Origin: Malacoraja senta
Taxonomy: Eukaryota
DNA length: 64,000 nt
Reading direction: 5' to 3'
NCBI GenBank assembly: GCA_038087875.1
Contig: CM075977.1
Span: 85,312,001-85,376,000, forward strand
The position numbers and the translations under genes were made by a program. The notes below the pieces were generated by a model. That model worked only from the letters and a program-made list of their open reading frames with translations. It made no database searches and was not told the origin of the DNA. This document shows, in pieces, positions 24,536 to 36,329 of this stretch. Position 1 is the first letter of the stretch; each line of letters begins with the position of its first letter.

Positions 24536-27500
24536 CACCATCCTCTGACCCTTCATCTATAATCTCCATAAGGACATGGATAATTTCAACCGGATGACCA
24601 AATAAACACGCACTATTATTGATATTTGTCATCTTGAACAATTGAGTAGGAAAAGATTTAAATTAAACAAAAAGAAATCAACATATTAAGGATGTTATCC
24701 AAAATTTGGAGTGATTAAATACGCAAAGCAAAATGTAACCCTCTGAAGAGCCCAAGTAAATAAACAGGTGAGCTTCTGCTGGATATGCAGGGGCTGCAGA
24801 TTATACAGGCATACAATAATAATGTCATGATAAAGGAACCAAGAATTCAACCACTAAATGCACCATAGCCCCCAAAGTTTTTGTCCCCACAAAAGAACAA
24901 GACTACAGCATCCCTGGCACAAGAAATCACCATGCAAATGTAAATCAAGGGTTTTGTCATCACTAGTGCCTAATATGCACCTGTAGAAGGCAGTTAATAC
25001 CAAAATCGCTTTAGTTTTGTCCGATTCCGATTAATTTAATAAATCTCTGTTGATTGTAGACCCAGATTTTGTGGAGAAAAACAAAAGATAAAATCAGTAT
25101 TTCCTCTACGAATGCAGACCACACTCAGCACAACTGTCAACAATTTTGGATTTCCACAGAGGATGAATATTTTAAAAAGTCAGTAGTTCACTTACTGTGC
25201 CAAACTCAGTGATTCTCCCTCAATGGGAAAATCTGCATGAAGATCAACCTGGGAGTGTTTTTCTATTCATTTCAATGGAGGGAAAGAGCTGCAAAGGACT
25301 TTGGAAACTATCAGTTAATTTTACCTTTACACATTGAGCATTTTGGAAATTTTCAATTATTTTGAGTTTTTGCCTGTAATAGTGCTTGCTGGTTTCTGAA
25401 TATCACAAACATTCAGAATGTTTGAAAACTTGCACAGTTCTGGACAAGTTGGAGACATGTCATAACTGAGTTGTCAAAATGTATTTACCTTTCTGGTGGG
25501 TGGGCTTGTTCTGATTCCCCTACAAGTTCTCACTACATTCTGGGGGCCCTTTTGATACATTGGGCTTTGCCGCAAGGGGTTCAGCTGACTCTCTGATACA
25601 ACTACTAATTCCAGTATTGTCCCAATCACTTCAAAATTAATTTGGAAATCAGGAGAGAATGAGTCATCTTACAGCTGAGAGTAAATTCTGCCTTGAAATG
25701 TTCTGTAACAGTTGCAGTCACGGTTAAAAATATCTCACTAATTTCTTTACACAATTCGGTCATTGTGGTTATAATCTAACTATGACCTGAAGCAGATTAA
25801 AACAACTTGCTTCTTTCTTTTATTCCCTATCATTTCAATCCACAAAGCAATTATCATGTTCTCATTAAATCCAGATGCTATTATTTCCTTTCCCATCGTA
25901 TCATTGTTTTAAAAAAAAAAAGCAATACCTCCTCATGGTCTATTTTCTCTTTCTTTATATATTAATCCATGCGGTAGAGTTTTCAAATCTGTTTTTTGTG
26001 CTTTCTGTGTGCACCAGAAACCAGATGCCCAAGGCACTTCTGAAATCGGGCCTCATCTTCATTAGCATAAATCTGCTGAACTGCAGGTGCCCAGTCAGGC
26101 AACCAGAGACTGTTTTCTGCTTTCCACCATGTCAATTTGTGTCTTCTTCATCATTGGGTATCGCCCTCGGGTAGGTCTTTGGAGGTTGCAAGAAGAACGA
26201 GAGGCAGATGACAAAGGTAGGCTACGGACTACAGAACTACTGTGGAGCCAAAAGTATACTTGGCTACAGATTTTGACTGAATCTGTAGAATCTGGATTTT
26301 TGTTGGCAGTTTTAATAGTGACCGAAGGTTAGACAGCAGCAAGAGAATGGAAATCAATAGCATTAGCAACCCTTTATGCACACACAGATCCGAGAGAGAA
26401 TTGTATTAATGTTTGCAAAAGCTGAACAGCCGCTCTGAGCAGATGATAGGAAAGGCCAAATACAACTCAAGCTAAAATAACATTGGCTACAATTCAGCAA
26501 CTCTCTCAGTGTAGAATCAAATCAACTGTTATTCTTTTACACTAAAAAGCAAGTGTAGGGGTTCAATGTTTTCTTCCCTGCCATGCCTTTTTGCTCCATA
26601 TTTTTTCTTTGTCACGATTCTACATTACTTGTATCATTTTTGCTTCCATTGATGAATTGTAGTTTATTCTTATTACATTTAGCGTCCATCTTTGTTGCCT
26701 TGACCTTTATCAGTAGTCTGTTCTCTACTGGCATTCACAGCCATAATCCTTCTTCATTTGATTCTAATTCTTAACTTCATTCAACATGTGGCTCAATTCA
26801 CTGCTGAGTTTTTTGACCTGAGATTTACCTCCCCACCACACAAGTTTAAATGTATTCCATTCCTATAATTAACTTGGCTACCTGTATATTGATGTTAGTT
26901 TGGCTTAGCTAAAGCCAATCTTTTTCTCCAGCATTCCTTGTGCTGGAATTTATCACAGCAACCCCAGGCTACAAACCTCTCTTTTCTAATTAGGCCCATA
27001 ATTTTCCAGAATTTGGCAGAATTGTAACATCAATTCAAACAGTTTTAATATTTCAGGCATGTTTCTAGGTACAGAATTGTAAAAAATTGGAAGTCAACTT
27101 CAGGCGGGGGAAAGAGATAGGTCTTCCTTGCAAGTTGCAATTAAGGAAGGCCAGTTACCTCCATGGCAGCTGAAGAGGTGTGCACATCTTTTCTAACATT
27201 GAAATCACTTGGCCTAGAGTAATTGAATCTAACATTACATAAATCACAAGACCTTCACAAAGTGGGGGCGGGTGGAGAAGGTTGTGATATAAAGTCAGAA
27301 ACTAGCAGATACTCCGAAATGATTCCTGTCTGGAAATGTATCCCCATTTGGTCATTCCAATGTAGTGGTTGTTTTGTTAGTAAATTTTACTTCTGAATCT
27401 CAATTTCAATGAAGTAATAGAGTCAAGTTTCAGACGATCTTCTGGAGAATACAGCCCCATGGCTCCCACATTTATAGTTCCCTAACCCTGTACTGCCCAC

Positions 27501-28272
27501 TTCTATCTCCTTCCCAAAATATTTTTGCCCAAGATTCCAGCATCTGCGGTCTCTTGTGTCTTTACTTTACCCATGGAAAGTTGTGTTGTTGGTTTATTTT
27601 GGAGATACAGAAGGTAGAAAACCAAGGGAAGAGAGTAGAGAGAATCTTTAAATGCTCCTGAGTCTTTCAACAAGAGCAATAAGTGCTCTTGCATACCCAA
27701 AGAGAGCAACTGAAACTGCTCTGCCAATCTGAAGATTAAACCATAATTGATATCCTTTTGATCAATCATCCAAAGGTGCTAGTTGATGGGAATTAAAATT
27801 GTTTTCAAAGCCACAGTATGGTCTCACCACTGTGGTGAACCTAAATAACACAGGTTACTGCTTGCAACAGTTTCCTTTCAAAACTTAACAGGAAGATAGA
27901 AATTAAACAATTTTTTTACATAGGATAATCACAATCACATTTTGAAAAAAAATGAAAATGCTGTGAATTTATATTAAATTATTAATGAGTGGAATCCATA
28001 ACAGAGTAAGGCTCCATACATTTGTTTTGAAGTATTTTAATACTGAAAGTGACACCAAAGTAAACGTTTCCTAGCTTGGCCATGCTCCATGTTAATCCCA
28101 TTTAGTCTCAAATGAAATGATTTTGAACATTAAAATACCTTAAGACCCAAGTACAGGTTTTATGTACACCAATACAACTGTCTGTGGCAAACATTGATCT
28201 TTAAAGTTAGCATGCATTGGTTAAACAACACTGCACAATGAAATTGTTTAAATCACATGAGATGGCACAGAC

Positions 28273-28410
28273 CTTGCATTTGGCAACTGTAAGGGGCTTG
28301 GCCTGGTTGAGGTGCACTAATGCTTGAACCATAACTTAGAAATCCCGTTTGGCCAGGTGACTGCATTTGAGTCAATCCACCTTCTGTCTTGATGCCTGCC
28401 CATAATGCAC
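28273..28410 (-). CDS. eya1: EYA1 coding exon (138 nt; alternative acceptor at 28395)
   Basis: atatag|GT GCA TTA TGG GCA GGC ATC AAG ACA GAA...ATG CAA G|gtctgt gives (G)[45 protein letters not shown]. Confidence 0.96.
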
Positions 28411-28604
28411 CTATATCGGTTAATGTCATCAGATCTGTAGATTCTCATTTAGGTACATTAGAAACAGAAAAGTTATTTGATGTAAAACAACATCTAACGT
28501 CAAACAAAATGTAACATTTGCTGTTAGCTCTTGAGGTCATTCTGTGCAGCGTCAGACAATAAAGAAAAAAGTATATATTTTATTTAAATAATATATCTGC
28601 TTAC

Positions 28605-28750
28605 CATAGGATGGGATTCCATAATGTTGACTTGGCTGGGGATAGCTTGCATAGGTAGCTGCTTGCTGCATTCCTGTGGCATATGGAGACTGCCCGTATG
28701 ATGCCATCGTTTGTGAAGGTGGTGTTGGGAGAATGTGTGGATATGACCTG
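28605..28750 (-). CDS. eya1: EYA1 coding exon (146 nt; NAGNAG acceptor, alternative start 28747)
   Basis: Encodes (N)[48 protein letters not shown]; lies within ORF 28552..28893; donor G|gtaagc. Confidence 0.96.
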
Positions 28751-28893
28751 CTGTTTGTAACAAAGGAGTGATTTGGAATAATAAAAAAACATATAAACAC
28801 ATAAAGAAACTGCATAAAGTTATAGTTAATTCTAACACTCAGACTCAGATTAAATAAGTTAGAAAATACTTTTTCCTGAAAAAAAAGACCCAT

Positions 28894-29114
28894 GACACAA
28901 AAAGCTGGAGTAACTCAGCGGGACAGGCAGCATCGCTGGAGAGAAGGAATGGTTGACGTTTCGGGTCGGCGAGAGTGTCGGGTCTGAAGAAAGGTCTCGA
29001 CCTGAAATGTCACCTATTCCTTCTCTCCAGAGATGCTGTCTGTCCCACTGAGTTTACTTCAGATTTTTGTGTCTATCTTCGGTTTAAACTAGCATCTACA
29101 GTTTCTTCTTACAC
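28894..29114. mobile_element. Penelope-derived fold-back element
   Basis: gacacaaaaagctggagtaactcagcgggacaggcagcatc is inverted against gatgctgtctgtcccactgagtttacttcagatttttgtgtc; central CTGAAGA...GAAATGTC. Confidence 0.8.
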
Positions 29115-29279
29115 AAGAAAAATGAGCATATTGTACAAAACAGTAACTTTGGGTTCAAGACATGCAAAGTATTATTTCCCTTGTAACTAATGTTTAAAAT
29201 GTGATAAAACACAAGCAGCAGGCTGAGGAATTTAATTGTCTTAAATGCTGCTTATTTTGAAGAATAAAAGAAAACCTAC

Positions 29280-29343
29280 TTGGAAGGATAAATATGTGGA
29301 GAGAAATGATGTGTTTCCCTTGGACTAAAGCCACCACCAATTC
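29280..29343 (-). CDS. eya1: EYA1 coding exon (64 nt)
   Basis: tgttcag|GA ATT GGT...CCT TCC AA|gtaggt gives (G)IGGGFSPRETHHFSPHIYPS, homologous to EYA1 [23 protein letters not shown]; phase 1-2. Confidence 0.92.
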
Positions 29344-30835
29344 CTGAACAGAATGAAAATAAATAAGGAAATAATTACATGATAAATAGTTGTAGTTCCA
29401 AAATTGTATTTTTGATAATGTTGTCATATTCTATCAACAGTTCATGCTTAAGTAACAATACAAAATTATTATTTTCTAATCATGTTCAACTAATAATTTT
29501 ATTCTACTATTCCATCAATATATCTAATACATAAATGAACTCCTTTGCTTTATTTTATCCAATTTCTCTTTTCCTCTTCCGAGAACAGATGGATGAGTTC
29601 TTATTGGAAGTTCCAGCACATCACTGAATGGCTGTCTGTTGAGATCTTAATTTAATGACATTTTCATCTTCATGAGGAGTCCAAATACATGGCAGTATAT
29701 CACCCACCAGACTCCTCATCCAATATTATTTTCCATCGAGTAGAGTTTATAATGAGCAAATGATCATGTGTCACCATTCTGCATCAGAATTATTATCCTT
29801 AGCTCCTTAGAATTTTATCTTTAGATTAACAAATTCAAAAATTATTTTCCTCCCTTATGTTAACAGCACTATAGTCAACCGCAGTCTTACCATCTCCAGC
29901 AACAAACTCAGCACAGATGAAGTAAATAATATATTAATTTATAAGGGTCAATTCTATGATCCAAGAGGACTCAACACCTGCAGTGAGTGCATCATGGAAA
30001 GGTTTGTGTCTGTAACTCATGGTTTCTGCTCATTAAACTTAATGAAGGGTTATCTTTACCTCCAGCTTAGGTGTTAAAGTGCCAAGCAGGTTGCTGGCCA
30101 TTATAGAACCTGCTTGGTTTACAATGAAACTGATGGAAATGGTTATCAGATGGGATTTCATAATGGGTGAGCAATCTCCTGTGTCAGTTACCCACTCAGC
30201 AATACAGGTGAAATCACCCTCGTGGACAGATAAATATGAAATGTCTGCACACTATTTCTCACATGTACTCTTCTATGTTTTTCACAGAAGAATAGAATCA
30301 GTCTTATAGTTTTACATTTTTAATCCTTTAATGCAAATACCATTAAATTCAGGATACATACATACTGGATCAGTGAGAAATGCAACAATGTACATATATC
30401 ATTGGAAGGGTTAATGACACAGGGGCAATTTGAAAGGAGCCTGAGGCATAACAATTTGGCCTGCAGTTGTTGTGAACAATGTGTTCAATGTGAATTTCAT
30501 TTCAAATTAAGGTGCCATTAAACAATAGAATCAGATACTGGGTGGACATCTTAACAACCGTGTACAGAGAATTGACCAATCTTTTACATCAATGCACTAA
30601 ATACAATAATTGGTAACAATACTTAGTAGATAGACTCTGCGTCTAAAGCACTTTAAATAATATCACAAAAATAAGCAGTGGTCAAATTAAACTCATCTGT
30701 GCCCAGCAGTTCCACAGAGAACTGCCAACAATATTGTTCTCACGAGTCAGTTTGTATTTTAAATCAAAGTAAATTAAATCCCAGCTTTTATCTCCTTAAC
30801 TTCATTTCTATTCAACATCAACAAGACCTTCACAT

Positions 30836-30863
30836 CTGAAGAAGGGTCTCGACCCGAAACGTC
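30836..30863 (+). ncRNA. Minimal hammerhead ribozyme motif in a Penelope-derived fragment (30836-30932)
   Basis: CTGAAGA-A-GGGTC-TC-GACCC-GAAAC-GTC: CUGANGA, helix II, GAAA and a GUC cleavage triplet with palindromic ACGT. Helix I is very short, so activity is unproven. Confidence 0.6.
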
Positions 30864-30987
30864 ACCCATTCCTTCTCTCCAGAGATGCTGCCTGTCCCGC
30901 TGAGTTACTCCAGCTTTTTGTGTCTATCTTCGAGCTGAGAGACCAGCTCCCTGAAATAATTGGTTACTTCTCCCTATGAAAATGCTG

Positions 30988-31172
30988 GTACGTTCTCCCT
31001 GTGACCACGTGGGTTTACTCCGGGTGCTCCGGTTTCCTCCCACACTCCAAAGACGTACAGGTTTGTAGGTCAATTGGCTTTGGTAGAATTGTAAATTGTC
31101 CCGAGTGTGTTGGACTGTGCTACGGCGCGGACCCAGTGCCCCGGAGGGCCTGTTTCAGCACTGTATCTCTGA
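30988..31172 (+). mobile_element. HE1-like V-SINE, 3' half
   Basis: gtacgttctccctgtgaccacgtggg...ctccggtttcctcccacactccaaagacgtacagg. Confidence 0.82.
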
Positions 31173-32658
31173 GCTAAAGGACTGATCGTCAGCAAGACAT
31201 TTAAAATAAACTAGCTGAGAAAAGACATAAACCTAATAATGGAAACCATTGAGACAGTAATTTACCCAAAGTTGGAAAGTTCAATGTTCATTCCATAAGA
31301 TTGCAAATATTAGAAGATAGGTTGTTCTACCAGTTTGCAAAGGGCCTCACTTTTGCAGTGGAGGTGGTGACAGCAGTGTAAAAGCTATTCCGTTAAAGGG
31401 CTGTCTCACTGTGCGAGTTGACCCACGAGTGACCCCGAGTTTAAAACAAATTTAACTCGTGGTAATCACGTACAATTAACGTAGCGGGAACGTCTGAACT
31501 CGTGGACGCAACTTAGCGACTCTTGGCGCTAACGGGAGGTACACGTGAAACTTGTTAACTCTAGCAAAAGTTCAAACATGTTTGAACTTTTCCACGAGTA
31601 AAATGTACTCTTGTGGTTAAAAATTGAAACATTTAAACTCGTTGTAAGAACGTAGTGGCCCGTGCGTTTAACTTTGTGACTCGTGATTCTACCGTGGGAA
31701 CTCTTTTTAGAAACAATAATCAGGGACAGAAATATCAGTTACTTAGACTTTTTAAAGACAAATTCTGCTTAACAAAGTTAAGCAAGTTATTGATAAGGTG
31801 ACAGAGTGGGTTGAAAAGAAAAAATTGCTTGAAGTTTATATATAAATTTGTGTTGTGTTGTGTTGTGTTGAAAAGCTTTTTGCTGATCCGTTCGATTCTC
31901 ACTGTTTACTTCATTGCACAATAAAAGAGAGTTCTTTGCTATCAAGATCAAATTGATGTCTGGAAGTCTTCATTTTAATATCACTACAAAGTCTCATGAC
32001 TTGAATGTAATATTCCTTTCATCATAAAACACAAAATAGAGGAAGGCAAAATATATTCACATCTTGATTCTCACAATCATTTGTGAGATTTAAGGACTCA
32101 GCTGCCTCATATGCTGTGCTTTTTAAATGTTTAAAATTGTCACCTCTCAGTAGATCAGAAAATAAGACAAAGTCTTATGTGAAACAAATGTCTTGAATGT
32201 GAAACAAAGTCTTTATTCTTGTTCAATATAAAAAACGCTTTTTTGCGCATATTGAGAAAAGTAGCACCACAGCAAACAACACAGTGGTCTGAAAAAGGGC
32301 TTCTCATACATGAAAATCAACAAATGAAGCACAAATAAAAGTATTTCCACTATATACTAATTCAGCTGAGAAATGCACTAGTCTAAATTCAGGCAATAAA
32401 AGATACAATGCAATGCGCTAAATGACAAGTTTTGAGATCTACAATCAGATAAGCAGATGCATGATAACCACGTTTTAAAGGAAAGACAGATGCAATGAAA
32501 TTACTTTTACACCACAATAAAAAATAAAATCCACACTTAAAGTTAAACAATGAAAAGTCAGCAGGATTTAAACTAAACATGAAATTAACTGGATTTTTCT
32601 GCATGTGGGCTCTCCTCATGCAGTGATGTACCTGTGGTCGGCAGCCGCTCAAAATAAG

Positions 32659-33211
32659 GAGACTAAAGAAGGTCCATCTGTCTCCTCGGATTCTGGTGAA
32701 CTTCTACCGCTGCACCATCGAGAGCATCCTTACCAACTGCATCACAGTATGGTATGGTAACTGCTCTGTCTCCGACCGGAAAGCACTGCAGAGGGTGGTG
32801 AAAATTGCCCAACGCATCACCGGTTCCTCACTCCCCACCATTGAGTCTGTCCAAAGCAAGCGTTGTCTGCGAAGGGCGCTCAGCATCGCCAAGGACTGCT
32901 CTCACCCCAACCACAGACTGTTTACCCTCCTACCATCCGGGAGGCGCTACAGGTCTCTCCGTTGCCGGACCAGCAGGTCCAGGAACAGCTTCTTCCCTGC
33001 GGCGGTTACACTACTCAACACTGTACCTCGGTGACTGCCAATCACACCACCCCCCCCCCGGACACTCCTCCCACCAGGATCTATTAGATTTATTTATTTA
33101 CTGCTCATATTTATGTCGCTCTTCTAGGGAGATGCTAACTGCATTTCGTTGTCTCTGTACTGTACACTGCACAATGACAATAAAGTTGAATCTGAATCTG
33201 AATCTGATCTG
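32659..33211 (+). mobile_element. Young Rex1/Babar-type LINE 3' fragment nested in the Harbinger element
   Basis: Uninterrupted ORF NFYRCTIESILTNCITVWYGNCS...LFTLLPSGRRYRSLRCRTSRSRNSFFP; tail gacaataaagtt(gaatct)n; ATAAG on both sides. Confidence 0.9.
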
Positions 33212-33515
33212 ATAAGCTGTCCTGCCATGGCACACTGCCCAATTCTGAATTATAGTAGGAGCAGAGATGGTCTCTCTGCTCTTTTGCACTGTTGGTCCCC
33301 GTACCTCGAAAACACTGCAGTGGCACCAAAGTCTCGTCGTTTGTACCACTCCTCCACACACCTAGTGTTATTCTCCCTGTTTGACTGTCCACTAAGTCAC
33401 CGTCCTGCATGGCTGTTGCTGATCCTGAAGCTGCATCTCTGATACGGATCAGGTTGTGCAGAATACATGCAGCAAACACAATAGTCTCTACGTTCTTTGG
33501 CTGGCATGACATCAT
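33212..33515 (-). pseudogene. Harbinger (HARBI1/ALP1-like) DDE transposase C-terminal fragment
   Basis: ETIVFAACILHNLIR...AKEQRDHLCSYYNSELGSVPWQ; the ACxxLHN and GSVPWQ motifs are typical of Harbinger transposase C-termini. Confidence 0.85.
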
Positions 33516-34267
33516 TTTTTTAACATGTGATGATTTTTCAACACTTCGATATACATTGTTGCCTCAAGATTAACGGGAGAGGAACTTGGTACACTCAGGA
33601 GACGAACTTGGAACATCGCAGAAATGAGAAGTAAACGGGAAACTTATACATACCCGTGGGAACTCGGTTAAACTCTGGATCATAAACTTGTAGTCTCGTA
33701 CGCAACCAGGAGTCTTTCACTCGGGGTCACTCATGGGTCAACTCGCACAGTGAGACAGACCTTTTAGTCTCACTCCCTACCCTCTCCCCATAGCCCTGCA
33801 AACTTTCACACAATTATCTGGATCCGTTTCAACACCATAATTGAAATTTGCCTTGATTACTGTCCCTGATAGTGCCCTCCAGATCCTAACTGCTTTCTCT
33901 GTAACCAAATTTTTCACGTCCCTTTTGCCAATTACCTTTATTCTACCCCTCTTGGTTTTGACCCCTCTGCCAGAGGGAACACTTTGTAATGACCCTGATT
34001 GTCAATTTCATTGTTGTACATACCTCAATCAGATTTCTTTGAAACTCTATATTCATGTAGAACAGCTCCACCCTCTCTAATCTATGCACCCTGGAATCAT
34101 CATCCCTGGAATCACTTTAATAAATGGCTTCCGAACTCTCTCCAAATTCTACTTCTGTCCTAAATCAGAGTACACTGATACACTGATCTGCAGATCCTTG
34201 TCAGGTTGGCGTTAGTTCCAGCACATTCAGTCATCATTTTTTCGCTCCATCACCTACACATTAAACT

Positions 34268-35150
34268 GGGCAGTGGCACAGCGGTAGAGTTGCTGCCTAA
34301 TGCCCCGTCCTACTTAGGCAATTTTTTAGGCGACTAGGCTGTCGCCACATGGTCGCCGGGGTGTCGACTGTATGGTCATGAGTAGTCTCCTCAGTCGCCC
34401 AAAGAAACGTAGCGTTTTTCTAGTAGCCGCTGGATTTTGAAATGTTCAAAACATTTCGGCAACCATTGGCTTGAATTCTCCTGAAGTAGGTGCTGTCGTA
34501 GGTTGTCGCCAGAATGACATAGTTTGTCGCTGGTGCTGACCAGTGAATTCCATTGGAGAATACCTACGTCAACCGGCGACAGGTACTGGCGACTGAATTG
34601 TCTTAAGTTGTCTTCAGTTATCGCCGACGGGGTCGTAGCTTGTCGTGGGTGGACGTAGGTTGACTTTCGCTGTCGTAGGTTGCCACCTGTGTTGTCGTAG
34701 GTGGATGTCCTAATGGGTCGCCGGTTGTCGGTAGCTTGCCGTCGATTAGGTGGTAGATTGTCGTAGACATTGGCGTAAACATTGTCGTAGACATTGTCGT
34801 AATGGGGGGGTCCAGTCGCCGTTTTTTTCAGCGACCTGCTACAACTATGACAGTCGCCAGCAGTCACCTAAAAAAAGTGGACAGGCCCATTACAGTGCCA
34901 CAGACCCAGGTTCGAACCTGACCAAGGGTGCTGTCTGTGTGCAGTTTGTACATTCTCCTTATGACCGTGTGAGTTTTCTCCAGGTGATCCGGTTTCCTCC
35001 AACATTCCAAAGGCGTACAGATTTGTACAGGTTAATTGGCTTCTGTTAATTGTAAATTAGCCCTAATGTGTGTAGTATACTGCTCGTGTTGGCGATCGCT
35101 GATCGGCACAGATTCAATGGGCTGAGGGGGCCTGTTTCCATGCTGTAAAG
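34268..35150 (+). mobile_element. HE1-like V-SINE split by a MITE
   Basis: Head gtggcacagcggtagagttgctgcc stops at 34297 and resumes as ttacagtgccacagacccaggttcgaacc at 34890. Confidence 0.85.
34301..34889. mobile_element. PIF/Harbinger-type MITE with degenerate left TIR
   Basis: Right end AAGTGGACAGGCCCA|TTA; left end TAA|TGCCCCGTCCTACTT; internal (GTCGTAG/GTCGCC) repeats. Confidence 0.78.
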
Positions 35151-35573
35151 TCTAACCTATCGGACACATGAAGGGGCATGTTTGATGGTACATTAAATGA
35201 TTACATTGGGGACGCCCTTACATTGTATATGATCCTTTATACAAATAATGGAAAATAGTCATTAATATCCTGGCTTCCCCAAATCTTGGCTGATACTTTT
35301 CTTTCCCAAATTACAGCTCAATTGTAATATTCATATTGCTTTAGCAACCATTGCTTACATTGCTCTTGAGCAGGGTGAAGGGAAGTCAACCCAGGTAAAT
35401 AACAACATGAAGCTGGATTATTGATTTCACGAATGTCCCTTCTTCACTTCAATAGCAATTCAGCAGTGGAATTAGCTTAAGGGCTGGTTTGCAGGGATGA
35501 CACCTATAATCCGATCCTTCATCTGTATTGGGCTTACTTAAAACATGGAGAGCATAATATTTATCACTCTTAC

Positions 35574-35645
35574 CTGAGAAATTGTCCAAAGCCTCTTCTT
35601 GGGTCGTTGTAGCAATGTCACAGGTGCTCATTGGTTCCGTTTTGA
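35574..35645 (-). CDS. eya1: EYA1 coding exon (72 nt)
   Basis: ttttcag|TC AAA ACG GAA CCA ATG...TTC TCA G|gtaag gives (V)KTEPMSTCDIATTTQEEALDNFS; phase 1-1 fits both neighbours. Confidence 0.95.
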
Positions 35646-36329
35646 CTGAAAAGCAATAAGCAAAAAAGAAAACATTGAGAAACTAAAATTAGGTCTGATA
35701 TTAATAGGAAAATTGGGGTATTTAACATCCATTTAAAACAACATATTGGGCTGTATTTCCCAATATTACACATCCTGAAAATTATTTATAAAGAAATTTG
35801 AAATGGGAGGGCAAACGAGTATAGAGTACCAGCAGAGATAGTTGAACTGGCAGATGGGGTACTGTGGTTAGTACTTTATTCATCTATTCTTGCATTTATA
35901 AAGTTTAAAGAGAAGTTCAATACTTATTTGAAGTTTCTACTTTACTTTATCAATTATTCTTCTGGTTCCAAAAGTTTACAATATCAGACAATGATTTCCC
36001 ATGCCACATTTCAAAATATTATAAGTTTCAAAATGAGAACTGCACTTTGTATTTAGAATCATACAGTGGCCCTTCTCAAGATCCGTATGCACTAACATAG
36101 AGTTTGAATCTTAGGAAGAAGCTCTTTGACCAACCGTTGTGTGAAAAGTAGCCAGCTACAAGTATGAACCCTATTCATATCTTTCCAAGGGTTGACCATT
36201 AGCCAGCTAACAAGTTCATTTGCGGAAGGAAATACAAAAGTAGAATTTCATGATTTTACAAAGATTCTAAAATGTCAACTTGCAAGAAAACTCATCCTGA
36301 TGGGACCTGTGTTAATGTGATAAGCCTAT

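Larger units (their letters stand above)
31396..33763 (-). mobile_element. PIF/Harbinger DNA transposon deletion derivative
   Basis: 45-bp TIRs with 2 mismatches (AAGGGCTGTCTCACTGTGCGAGTTGACCCACGAGTGACCCCGAGT); TSD TTA at 31393-31395 and 33764-33766; internal transposase remnant. Confidence 0.92.

Noticed and set aside
34391-34867. 158-aa ORF with YDNV/DNLRQ repeats
   Set aside because: Translation of the MITE's short internal repeats; no recognisable protein.
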